Positions 30,782 to 39,072 of a DNA stretch of 64,000 nucleotides are shown here, piece after piece. Numbering within the stretch: position 1 is the first letter of the stretch; every line of letters starts with the position of its first letter. Below the pieces are notes generated by a model. The model was not told where the DNA came from, searched no databases, and was given only the letters and a program-made list of their open reading frames with translations. The DNA comes from an uncultured Lachnospiraceae bacterium (GTDB taxonomy: Bacteria > Bacillota > Clostridia > Oscillospirales > CAG-272): NCBI GenBank assembly GCA_964582375.1, contig CAZORL010000001.1:13769-77768 (forward strand), given 5' to 3'. A program made the translations under genes and the position numbers.

Positions 30782-31209
30782 ATGAACAATACAGACCGCT
30801 TATCGTGGCATTTTGCTGTAACTGGTGCTCGTATGCGGGTGCCGACCTTGCGGGCAATAACAGACTCAGTTATCCTGCTGATGTCAAGATCATCCGCGTT
30901 CCCTGCTCCTGCAGAGTAAATCCCACCTTTGTTCTGCGTGCTTTCGCAAGAGGTGCGGACGGAGTCATCATTTGCGGATGTCATCCGGGTGACTGCCATT
31001 ACACGACCGGCAACTACTATACTCGCCGCCGTATGAAGCTTCTTTTCTCTATGCTCGATTATCTCGGCATCGAAAGAGAGCGCACTCGCGTTGAGTGGGT
31101 GAGTGCGGCAGAGGGCGCAAAGTTTGCCGCAACAATGAACGATTTTGCTGAAAAAGTCGCTGCACTCGGCGAGAATAAGAGATTGGAGGATCTGCGATGC
31201 AAGAAATAA
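30772..31209 (+). CDS. flxD: MvhD-like [2Fe-2S] subunit (FlxD)
   Basis: FCCNWCSYAGAD, RVPCS, GCHPGDCHY. Confidence 0.9.
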   Translation: MQVNEQYRPLIVAFCCNWCSYAGADLAGNNRLSYPADVKIIRVPCSCRVNPTFVLRAFARGADGVIICGCHPGDCHYTTGNYYTRRRMKLLFSMLDYLGIERERTRVEWVSAAEGAKFAATMNDFAEKVAALGENKRLEDLRCKK

Positions 31210-32177
31210 CAAGGGAAAGCCTTGTCGCGGCTGCGGCAGAGCTTCTTGATAACGGTACTGTCGGACGCGTTCTCGGCTGGAAGGTCGGAGAGTTTGGCTA
31301 TGATACCACCCCTGCCGTGTTTGAGAGCAGGGAAGAGTTGGAGCACGATCTCGTTTTTGACTCGTTCTGCGGCGCAAACCTTTCCAAATATCTCGTTTCG
31401 CAGATGCATAAGTCTGCCGATAAGATAGCAGTCTTCTTGAAGCCCTGTGATACATACAGCTTTAATCAGCTCCTCACCGAGCATCGCTTTGACCGCGAGC
31501 GTGTTTATGCGATCGCCGTCCCCTGCGACGGTATGCTTGATGGCAGTGACCTCAGAGCGGCAGTGTCCGAGATCGGCGGTGTCTCTGTCGATGACGGCAA
31601 GGTGACCGTTTCGACTCTCTATGACGGCGATAAGGTGTTTGATAAGTCCGAGCTTCTGTCCGACAGATGTGGGAACTGTAAATCGAAAAAGCATGTTGCC
31701 TATGATCTCCTCCTCGGAGAAGACGGCGATGTGCTCGACAGCCATCGCTTTGATGAGGTCGCAAAGCTCGAAAAGATGAGTGCCGATGAGCGTTTTGCTT
31801 TTTGGCAGAGTGAGCTTTCTAAGTGCATTCGCTGTAACGCATGCCGCAATGCATGTCCTGCATGTACCTGCGAAAAGTGCGTGTTCGACAATCCGTCATC
31901 GGGCGTTGAGAACAAGGCGGCGGCAAACTCGTTTGAGGAAAAAATGTTCCATATCATCCGCGCGTTCCATGTCGCAGGAAGATGCACCGACTGCGGCGAG
32001 TGCTCGAGAGTGTGTCCTCAGCATATTCCGCTTCACCTGCTCAACCGTAAGTTCATAAAGGATATGAACGAGTTTTACGGCGATTATCAGGCAGGTGCGG
32101 AGGTCGGCTCAAGAGCACCGATCGTCGATTTCTCGGAGGGCGACCCCGAGGCGACCATAACAGACAGCGAAAACTGA
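31197..32177 (+). CDS. flxC: 4Fe-4S subunit (FlxC-like)
   Basis: KPCD, CIRCNACRNACPACTC, RCTDCGECSRVCP. Confidence 0.8.
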   Translation: MQEITRESLVAAAAELLDNGTVGRVLGWKVGEFGYDTTPAVFESREELEHDLVFDSFCGANLSKYLVSQMHKSADKIAVFLKPCDTYSFNQLLTEHRFDRERVYAIAVPCDGMLDGSDLRAAVSEIGGVSVDDGKVTVSTLYDGDKVFDKSELLSDRCGNCKSKKHVAYDLLLGEDGDVLDSHRFDEVAKLEKMSADERFAFWQSELSKCIRCNACRNACPACTCEKCVFDNPSSGVENKAAANSFEEKMFHIIRAFHVAGRCTDCGECSRVCPQHIPLHLLNRKFIKDMNEFYGDYQAGAEVGSRAPIVDFSEGDPEATITDSEN

Positions 32178-32193
32178 ATGGAGGAATATCAGT

Positions 32194-33225
32194 ATGACAA
32201 TGCGTAAAATATCCGCCGATAAACTGAATGACCTCTTTTCGGCAATAAATGAAAAATATGAGCTTTTTATGCCGATCGATAACGGCAGAGCCTCCTCTTT
32301 TGAAAAATGGGAGGAGGGCAAAACGCTCTCGACCTCGCTCAATACTTCAAGATCCGCAAAAGATCTCTTTTTCCCACAGTCGGAAGAATTGATGGAGTTT
32401 AAGGTTGAGGGCAAGAATATCGAGCTGATCGATATCAGAGTTGAGCACACTGATTTTGTTGTTTTCGGCGTCCGTGCGTGCGATGTTCGCAGCTTTGATA
32501 TCCTCGACAATGTATTTCTTTCAGATCCTATTGACAGCTATTACCAAAATCGCCGCGAACATGGTGTCATAATGTCGCTTGCTTGCTCGCGTCCGCGCGA
32601 GACCTGCTTCTGCGGTGCATTCGGAATCGATGCATCCGAGCCGTGCGGCGATGTTGCTTGCTGGATGACCGACAGCTCTATTTTTATGAGAGCAAATACC
32701 GAAAAGGGCGAGAGACTTCTCTCTGCCATCGGATCGATCACCGAGGACGCTCACGAGGAGGAAATTGCCCCCGAAAAGGCACAGATCAAAGAAAGACTTG
32801 AAAAGCTTCCGCTTGCCGATCTTTCGACCGAGGGCTTCGGCGCGGGCAAGACAAAGGAACTTTTCTCCGCACCCGAGTGGGCGGAGCTGTCCGAGAGTTG
32901 CCTCGGATGCGGAAGCTGTACATATGTTTGCCCGACATGCCAGTGCTATGACATAAAGGATTTTAACACCGGTCACGGCGTTAAGAGACTTCGCTGTTGG
33001 GATTCCTGCATGTATTCGGAGTTTACCAAGATGTCCGCAGGTCAGCCGAGACTCACACAGCTCGAGCGTTTCCGTCAACGCTTTATGCATAAGCTTGTAT
33101 ACTATCCCGAGAATAACGACGGAATGTTCTCGTGTGTCGGATGCGGCAGATGCCTTGCAAAATGTCCGATAGGAATGAATATAGTAAAGGTAATGAAAAA
33201 ACTCGGAGGTGACAACAATGTTTGA
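32194..33225 (+). CDS. flxB: AsrA-like 4Fe-4S subunit (FlxB)
   Basis: GVRACD, CFC, CLGCGSCTYVCPTCQC, CVGCGRC..CP. Confidence 0.83.
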   Translation: MTMRKISADKLNDLFSAINEKYELFMPIDNGRASSFEKWEEGKTLSTSLNTSRSAKDLFFPQSEELMEFKVEGKNIELIDIRVEHTDFVVFGVRACDVRSFDILDNVFLSDPIDSYYQNRREHGVIMSLACSRPRETCFCGAFGIDASEPCGDVACWMTDSSIFMRANTEKGERLLSAIGSITEDAHEEEIAPEKAQIKERLEKLPLADLSTEGFGAGKTKELFSAPEWAELSESCLGCGSCTYVCPTCQCYDIKDFNTGHGVKRLRCWDSCMYSEFTKMSAGQPRLTQLERFRQRFMHKLVYYPENNDGMFSCVGCGRCLAKCPIGMNIVKVMKKLGGDNNV

Positions 33226-34051
33226 AAAAAACGATCCGCTTATGCCACATATCGGCACAGTTACCGATATTCGCATAGACACCCCCGATGTTAAGACCTT
33301 CAGAGTCGTAACTCCCGACGGCAAAAAGCCCTTTGAGCATATGCCCGGTCAGTGCGCAATGCTTTCGATGCCCGGTGTCGGTGAGGCGATGTTCTCCATA
33401 ACATCATCCCCGACAAATACCGAGTTTATGGAATTTTCGATCAAAAAATGCGGATGTGTCACCGATTGGCTTCACGCAATGGAGGTCGGTCAGCAGATCA
33501 CCATTCGCGGTCCGTACGGCAGACCTTTCCCGGTAGATACCGAGTTTGCAGGCAAGGATATGCTCTTTATCGCAGGCGGTATCGGACTTGCACCTCTTCG
33601 CTCGGTCATTAATTACTGTCGCCACTATCGTGACAGATACGGCAAGATCGATATCGTCTACGGCTCACGCTCAATGCAGGATCTTGTTGATTACAAGGAG
33701 ATCATCGATGAATGGGCAACAGATGCAGGTGTGAATGTTCATCTGACTATCGACCGCGAACAGCCCGAATGGGACGGACATGTCGGATTTGTTCCGAACT
33801 ATGTCAAGGAGCTTGCATTCTCAACCGATAAGGTCGCCATCCTTTGCGGACCTCCGATCATGATCAAGTTTACTCTTGCCGGACTTATCGAGCTTGGTTT
33901 CGATAAAACTCAGATCTATACGACGCTCGAACTTCGCATGAAGTGCGGTATCGGCAAATGCGGAAGATGCAATGTCGGTTCAAAATACGTCTGCAAAGAC
34001 GGTCCCGTCTTCCGTTTCGATGAGCTTGATGAACTTCCCGACGAATATTGA
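33218..34051 (+). CDS. flxA: AsrB-like FAD/NAD-binding [2Fe-2S] subunit (FlxA)
   Basis: PGQ, GPYG, AGGIGLAP, MKCGIGKCGRC..CKDGP. Confidence 0.88.
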   Translation: MFEKNDPLMPHIGTVTDIRIDTPDVKTFRVVTPDGKKPFEHMPGQCAMLSMPGVGEAMFSITSSPTNTEFMEFSIKKCGCVTDWLHAMEVGQQITIRGPYGRPFPVDTEFAGKDMLFIAGGIGLAPLRSVINYCRHYRDRYGKIDIVYGSRSMQDLVDYKEIIDEWATDAGVNVHLTIDREQPEWDGHVGFVPNYVKELAFSTDKVAILCGPPIMIKFTLAGLIELGFDKTQIYTTLELRMKCGIGKCGRCNVGSKYVCKDGPVFRFDELDELPDEY

Positions 34052-34068
34052 TAGGAGGATTTAGTAAA

Positions 34069-34743
34069 ATGGAAAATATGATTGATGTTTATCTGTTCGG
34101 TAAACGCTACAGCGTACCGAGCGATCTTACTATCATGCGTGCGATGGAATATGCAGGCTATCAGCTCGTTCGCGGATGCGGATGCCGTAACGGTTTCTGC
34201 GGTGCGTGCGCTACGATCTACCGTATAAAGGGCGACAGAACGCTGCATACCTGCCTCGCATGTCAGACCAAGGTCGAAAATGATATGTATGTCGCAACTC
34301 TCCCTTTCTTCCCGCTTGTAAAGCAGATATACGATATCGAAAAAATAAAACCCACACAGCAGATCATGATGCAGCTCTATCCCGAGATCTATGCTTGTGT
34401 CGGATGCAATGCCTGTACAAAGAGCTGTACTCAAAAGCTCAATGTAATGCAGTATATCGCATACGCACAGCGCGGTGAGTTCGATAAGTGTGCCGAGGAG
34501 TCCTTCGATTGCGTAATGTGCGGAGTTTGCTCCTCGCGTTGCCCTGCGGGTATCTCCCATCCGCAGGTCGCAATGCTTGCCCGCAGAATTAACGGCAAGT
34601 ATCTCGCACCCGTGTCCGAGCATCTTGAGGGTCGCGTAAAAGAGATAAACGACGGCACTTTCACCGAGCTTATCGAAGCTCTTATGGATAAGCCGATCTC
34701 CGAGCTTAAAGAGCTTTACAATACCAGGGACATAGAGAAATAA
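34069..34743 (+). CDS. Fumarate reductase-type iron-sulfur subunit (TfrB/FrdB-like, no CCG domain)
   Basis: CRNGFCGAC..LAC [2Fe-2S]; CVGCNACTKSC and CVMCGVCSSRCP. Confidence 0.82.
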   Translation: MENMIDVYLFGKRYSVPSDLTIMRAMEYAGYQLVRGCGCRNGFCGACATIYRIKGDRTLHTCLACQTKVENDMYVATLPFFPLVKQIYDIEKIKPTQQIMMQLYPEIYACVGCNACTKSCTQKLNVMQYIAYAQRGEFDKCAEESFDCVMCGVCSSRCPAGISHPQVAMLARRINGKYLAPVSEHLEGRVKEINDGTFTELIEALMDKPISELKELYNTRDIEK

Positions 34744-34750
34744 GGAGGAT

Positions 34751-36364
34751 ATGACCGTGTATTCAAAAGAATTTGAAAAGTCACTTGAGGCTGTTGCGGC
34801 GGCAAGAGAGGCAAATGTTGCTTACGAGCCCACCAGGATGACTGCCGACGAAAAGGATGCACTGCTTGCGGCGTATCATCCCGATTACAGAAAAAGTCAG
34901 TTTACCGAGCTGAAATTCGGTCCCAATAAAGGTGAGAGCGTTCCTCATGAGCTTTGCGATATGCTGTCCGCGCACAGCAGGATCAAGGCATCCGATGTCG
35001 ATCTCGAAAATATCGATTACGATGTCGATGTCCTGATCATCGGCGGCGGCGGCGCGGGTGCGTCAGCTGCCATCGAGGCAGACAGAGCAGGCGCAAAGGT
35101 AATGATCGTTACCAAGCTCCGTATCGGCGACGCAAATACGATGATGGCAGAGGGCGGCATTCAGGCTGCCGATAAGCCGAACGATTCGCCTGCCATCCAC
35201 TTTGTTGACGCATTCGGCGGCGGACACTTTGCCGCAAAGCGCGATCTTTTGGCAAAGCTTGTCTGCGATGCTCCCGAGGCAATTAAATGGCTCGGAGATC
35301 TCGGCGTTGAGTTTGATAAAGCTCCCGACGGGACAATGGTCACAACTCACGGCGGCGGAACATCCCGTAAGCGTATGCACGCCGCAAAGGATTACTCGGG
35401 CGCAGAGATCATGCGTACACTGCGCGATGAGGTGCTGAACCGCGGTATCCCGGTCGTTGATTTTACATCGGCAGTCGAGCTTATCCTTGACGAAAACGGC
35501 AGAGCGGCAGGTGCGGTCCTCATGAACATGGAGACTCACGATCTGCTCGTCGCGAGAGCAAAAACGGTCATAATCGCAACAGGCGGTGCGGGAAGAATGC
35601 ACTATCAGGGCTTCCCGACCTCCAACCACTACGGCGCGACCGCAGACGGACTCGTACTCGCTTACAGAGTCGGTGCAAAGCTTCTTTATGCCGACACGCT
35701 TCAATACCATCCGACGGGTGCGGCATATCCTCAGCAGATCTTCGGTGCACTTGTTACCGAGAAGGTCAGATCGCTTGGCGCAAAGCTCGTCAACAGAGAC
35801 GGCAAGGTCTTCATGCATCCGCTTGAGACGCGTGACGTCGCGGCGGCGGGTATCATAAGAGAGTGTTCCGACCACGGCGAGGGCGTCGAAACGGGAAGTG
35901 GTAAGGCTGTTTGGCTTGATACGCCTATGATCGAGATGATCGGCGGCGAGGGAACCATCGAAAAGCGTATTCCTGCAATGATGCGTATGTTCGCAAACTA
36001 CGGCATCGATATCAGAAAAGAGCCGATCCTTGTTTATCCGACACTTCACTATCAGAACGGCGGCATAGACATAAACGTTGACGGAATGACCCCGAATGTT
36101 GAAAATCTTTATGTCGCGGGTGAGGCTGTCGGCGGCATTCACGGCAGAAATCGTCTGATGGGTAACTCTCTGCTCGATATCATCGTATTCGGCAGAAGTG
36201 CAGGCAAGAATGCAGGCACACATTCAAAGGATGTCACCGTTGGCAAGCTTACCCTCGATCATATCGCAAGATTTGACTCGGAGCGTGAGTCTGCAGGCGT
36301 CGTCACCGATCTTGTATCCCCGATGCTTCTCCCCGATTATACACGCAAAACGTCGGAAAATTAA
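34751..36364 (+). CDS. Fumarate reductase-type flavoprotein (TfrA/FrdA-like)
   Basis: GGGGAG, AEGG, QYHPTG, TE.VR, TRD, HYQNGG, HGRNRLMGNSL catalytic set. Confidence 0.85.
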   Translation: MTVYSKEFEKSLEAVAAAREANVAYEPTRMTADEKDALLAAYHPDYRKSQFTELKFGPNKGESVPHELCDMLSAHSRIKASDVDLENIDYDVDVLIIGGGGAGASAAIEADRAGAKVMIVTKLRIGDANTMMAEGGIQAADKPNDSPAIHFVDAFGGGHFAAKRDLLAKLVCDAPEAIKWLGDLGVEFDKAPDGTMVTTHGGGTSRKRMHAAKDYSGAEIMRTLRDEVLNRGIPVVDFTSAVELILDENGRAAGAVLMNMETHDLLVARAKTVIIATGGAGRMHYQGFPTSNHYGATADGLVLAYRVGAKLLYADTLQYHPTGAAYPQQIFGALVTEKVRSLGAKLVNRDGKVFMHPLETRDVAAAGIIRECSDHGEGVETGSGKAVWLDTPMIEMIGGEGTIEKRIPAMMRMFANYGIDIRKEPILVYPTLHYQNGGIDINVDGMTPNVENLYVAGEAVGGIHGRNRLMGNSLLDIIVFGRSAGKNAGTHSKDVTVGKLTLDHIARFDSERESAGVVTDLVSPMLLPDYTRKTSEN

Positions 36365-36397
36365 CTTTTTCCGCTGAAAAGTGAAAGGAATATTATC

Positions 36398-36721
36398 ATG
36401 ACACTCAATATGCTTCTTGATCTGTTTGAGGCACTTACAATTTTTTGCTTCGGTCTTTCGTGGCCGATCTCTATCGCAAAATCGCTCAAATCGCGTACCG
36501 CAAAGGGCAAATCTCTCTTCTTTGAGGTGTTCCTCCTTATCGGCTATGCTTTCGGTATCGCACGCAAGGCAATTCAGCTTGTCGCTCTCAGCCAAGGCGG
36601 ATTTCTCTTCTACCTCAGTTTCTTTTTCTATGTGCTGAACTTCATCGAGATCTCCGTCGATGCGGGACTGTATTTCAGAAACAAGAAACTCGATGAAGAA
36701 AGAGACGCCGTAAGCAAATGA
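36398..36721 (+). CDS. PQ-loop/SemiSWEET-like three-TM protein
   Basis: FGLSWPISIAKSLKSRTAKGKS motif; three hydrophobic helices. Confidence 0.65.
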   Translation: MTLNMLLDLFEALTIFCFGLSWPISIAKSLKSRTAKGKSLFFEVFLLIGYAFGIARKAIQLVALSQGGFLFYLSFFFYVLNFIEISVDAGLYFRNKKLDEERDAVSK

Positions 36722-36940
36722 GATCTTTCGAGCTGTCCGCGCTTGACAAGCTGCCGCATTAAGGGTGTGTAGTGCTTGTACCTACCTACCTAACCTCGAG
36801 ATCCTCGACGGAATTTCCGCCGTGTACGAGAATGTGGCACCCTCTCTTGCCTGCCTCGAAAAATACTATTCTTGTTGAGCTGTTTCTAAAAATCAAAGGA
36901 AAGGAATCGATCCGCCCCTTTTGCGGATCGCCAAACCATA

Positions 36941-37180
36941 ATGAAAGTCACAATTTGTATCGGATCCTCCTGCCATATTAAAGGCTCTCGTCGCGTTGTC
37001 GAAAGACTTCAGGAACTCGTTGCCGAAAACAATCTCGCGGACAAGGTCGAGCTTGCCGGCACATTCTGTATGGGCAAATGTCAGCAGGGAGTGTGCGTGA
37101 CCATCGATGACGAGTTTTTCTCGGTTGTCCCCGAAAGCGTGGATGAGTTTTTCAAGGAAACCATACTCAAGAAGGATTAA
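36941..37180 (+). CDS. hfsA: Thioredoxin-like [2Fe-2S] ferredoxin (HfsA-like)
   Basis: ICIGSSCHIKG...FCMGKC. Confidence 0.82.
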   Translation: MKVTICIGSSCHIKGSRRVVERLQELVAENNLADKVELAGTFCMGKCQQGVCVTIDDEFFSVVPESVDEFFKETILKKD

Positions 37181-37453
37181 TGCTTGTCAAAAGGTCATTG
37201 AATACGCAAACGACTCGCTTTGCGCAAACGACCTTTACGAAAAGTGGGGATATAATCATGATGGTGCGTCCATGATCTGCCGTATGCTCTTTGAGGATGC
37301 GACAGATATAAACTTCTTTGTCGGCAGAGCGGTCAACTCCGTAAATCAAAAGCCCAATCTTCCGATCAATTTTAATATAAAGATGAATCTTGTTGAACAG
37401 CTCTCCGAACGCCTGAAAAAATGGGCAAACGCATAAAGGTCAGCTGCTTCTGA
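37180..37453 (+). pseudogene. hfsC: 3' remnant of HfsC-like SpoIIE-family phosphatase, frameshifted
   Basis: DGASMICRMLFEDATDINFFVGRAVN..NLPINFNIKM, then a frameshift in an A6 run restores MGKRIKVSCF*. Confidence 0.72.
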
Positions 37454-37488
37454 GATCTCACAGCCCCCGAAAAGGAAATATATAATAA

Positions 37489-38913
37489 ATGAGAAAATTC
37501 GATACAAAAGTACAGCATCTTAAATATAAGGTTCTGCGTGAGGTTGCAAGACTTGCATGGGAGGATAAGCTTCTTGAAAATCTGCTCGACATTCCCGAGG
37601 CGATAGTCCCCGGCAAAGTTCCGACCATGAGATGCTGTATCTATAAGGAAAGAGCGATCATCGGTGAGCGCGTAAAGCTTGCAATGGGTGGCGATAAGAA
37701 CAATCCGAATATAATCGAAGTCATCGAAACGGCGTGTGACGAATGCCCGATGGGCGGTTATGAGGTCACAAACGCCTGCCGCGGATGCCTTGCACACAGA
37801 TGCGAGGATGTCTGCCGATTCGGTGCGATATCGTTCGATGAAAACCATGTCGCTCATATTGATAAGAGCAAGTGCAAAGAGTGCGGTGCATGCTCGAAGG
37901 TCTGCCCCTATACGGCAATAATCAGCCGTAAGCGTCCCTGCGAGAACGCCTGCAAGATCAAGGCAATAAAGATGAGTGAGGATCGCTCTGCGGCGATCGA
38001 TAATTCAAAATGCATTGCTTGCGGCGCGTGCGTTTATCAGTGTCCGTTCGGTGCGATAAGCGATAAGTCGTTTATTCTCGATGCGATCAGTATACTTAAA
38101 AACAGCGAAAACAACACCAAATACAAGGTGTTTGCGGTCGTCGCACCCGCTGTTTCGAGCCAATTTTCTTATGCAAGGCTCGGTCAGGTCATAACCGGAC
38201 TTAAAGAACTCGGCTTCCATACGGTCGTTGAGGCGGCACTCGGTGCGGATATGGTGTCTCTTGCCGAATCTCGCGAGCTGGTCGAAAAGGGATTTCTCAC
38301 AAGTTCCTGCTGTCCCGCATTCGTAAAATATATCGAGACCTCCTTCCCGAAGCTTGCACCCCATATCTCGCATAACCTCTCGCCCATGGCGACGATCTCA
38401 AAATATATCAAAGATCACGAGGGACCGTCGAAGATCATATTCATCGGACCTTGTACCGCCAAAAAGGGCGAGGTGCAAAAGGATTCGGTCAAGCCCTATG
38501 TCGATGTTGCCGTGACATTCGAGGAACTTCAGGCACTCTTTGACAGCAAAGATATCGACATTACGACCCTCGATGATGGCGTGCTCGATAATGCATCCTA
38601 TTTCGGTAGAATTTTTGCCCGCTCGGGCGGACTGTCGGACGCGGTCGCTCAGGCACTTAAGGAACAGAATATTGATTTTGATCTTAACGCTTGCTCCTGC
38701 GACGGAATCGAGGCTTGCAAGCTTGCACTCCTTAAAAAGTCAAACGGAAGACTTGATGCCAATTTTATCGAGGGAATGGCGTGCGTCGGCGGTTGTATCG
38801 GCGGTGCGGGATGCCTGACCCACGAAGAGAAAAATAAGTCAAATGTTGATGCTTACGGCAGTGAAGCGTTCGAGAAGACTATTACCGACGCTACATCCGT
38901 CCTTCGTGACTGA
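37489..38913 (+). CDS. hfsD: Monomeric ferredoxin-linked [FeFe] hydrogenase (HfsD-like)
   Basis: H-cluster motifs TSSCCPAF, GPCTAKKGE, EGMACVGGCIGG; N-terminal ferredoxin clusters. Confidence 0.9.
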   Translation: MRKFDTKVQHLKYKVLREVARLAWEDKLLENLLDIPEAIVPGKVPTMRCCIYKERAIIGERVKLAMGGDKNNPNIIEVIETACDECPMGGYEVTNACRGCLAHRCEDVCRFGAISFDENHVAHIDKSKCKECGACSKVCPYTAIISRKRPCENACKIKAIKMSEDRSAAIDNSKCIACGACVYQCPFGAISDKSFILDAISILKNSENNTKYKVFAVVAPAVSSQFSYARLGQVITGLKELGFHTVVEAALGADMVSLAESRELVEKGFLTSSCCPAFVKYIETSFPKLAPHISHNLSPMATISKYIKDHEGPSKIIFIGPCTAKKGEVQKDSVKPYVDVAVTFEELQALFDSKDIDITTLDDGVLDNASYFGRIFARSGGLSDAVAQALKEQNIDFDLNACSCDGIEACKLALLKKSNGRLDANFIEGMACVGGCIGGAGCLTHEEKNKSNVDAYGSEAFEKTITDATSVLRD

Positions 38914-38929
38914 TACGATAAATTTTTGC

Positions 38930-38969
38930 AAAAATCACCGACAGATTTGCATCTGTCGGTGATTTTTTT
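38930..38969 (+). terminator. Intrinsic terminator
   Basis: AAAAATCACCGACAGAT-TTGC-ATCTGTCGGTGATTTTTTT. Confidence 0.85.
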
Positions 38970-38999
38970 GCATTTTTCTCGTTTTTTGCCGAAATTCTA

Positions 39000-39028
39000 T
39001 TGACATTTTGATCAAAAAGTGATAAAAT
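39000..39028 (+). promoter_or_regulatory. SigA promoter of proS
   Basis: TTGACA-17-TAAAAT with TG extension. Confidence 0.75.
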
Positions 39029-39072
39029 AACGGCGTATATAATTATAAATCCAAGAAAAAGGAATGACTTAA

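Noticed and set aside
27571-34051. Evidence of methanogenesis, sulfate reduction or selenoproteins
   Set aside because: No mcr/dsr/apr genes in the window, and the ORFs are open with Cys at the relevant motifs, with no in-frame TGA needed
34751-36364. L-aspartate oxidase (NadB)
   Set aside because: Has a dedicated Fe-S partner and mdh/fumC context with no nadA/nadC; disfavoured but not formally excluded
37107-37436. 109-aa ORF as an intact gene
   Set aside because: Start lies inside hfsA without an SD; it is the frameshifted hfsC remnant
39000-39072. Absence of a T-box before proS
   Set aside because: Leader is short, but proS without a T-box is common
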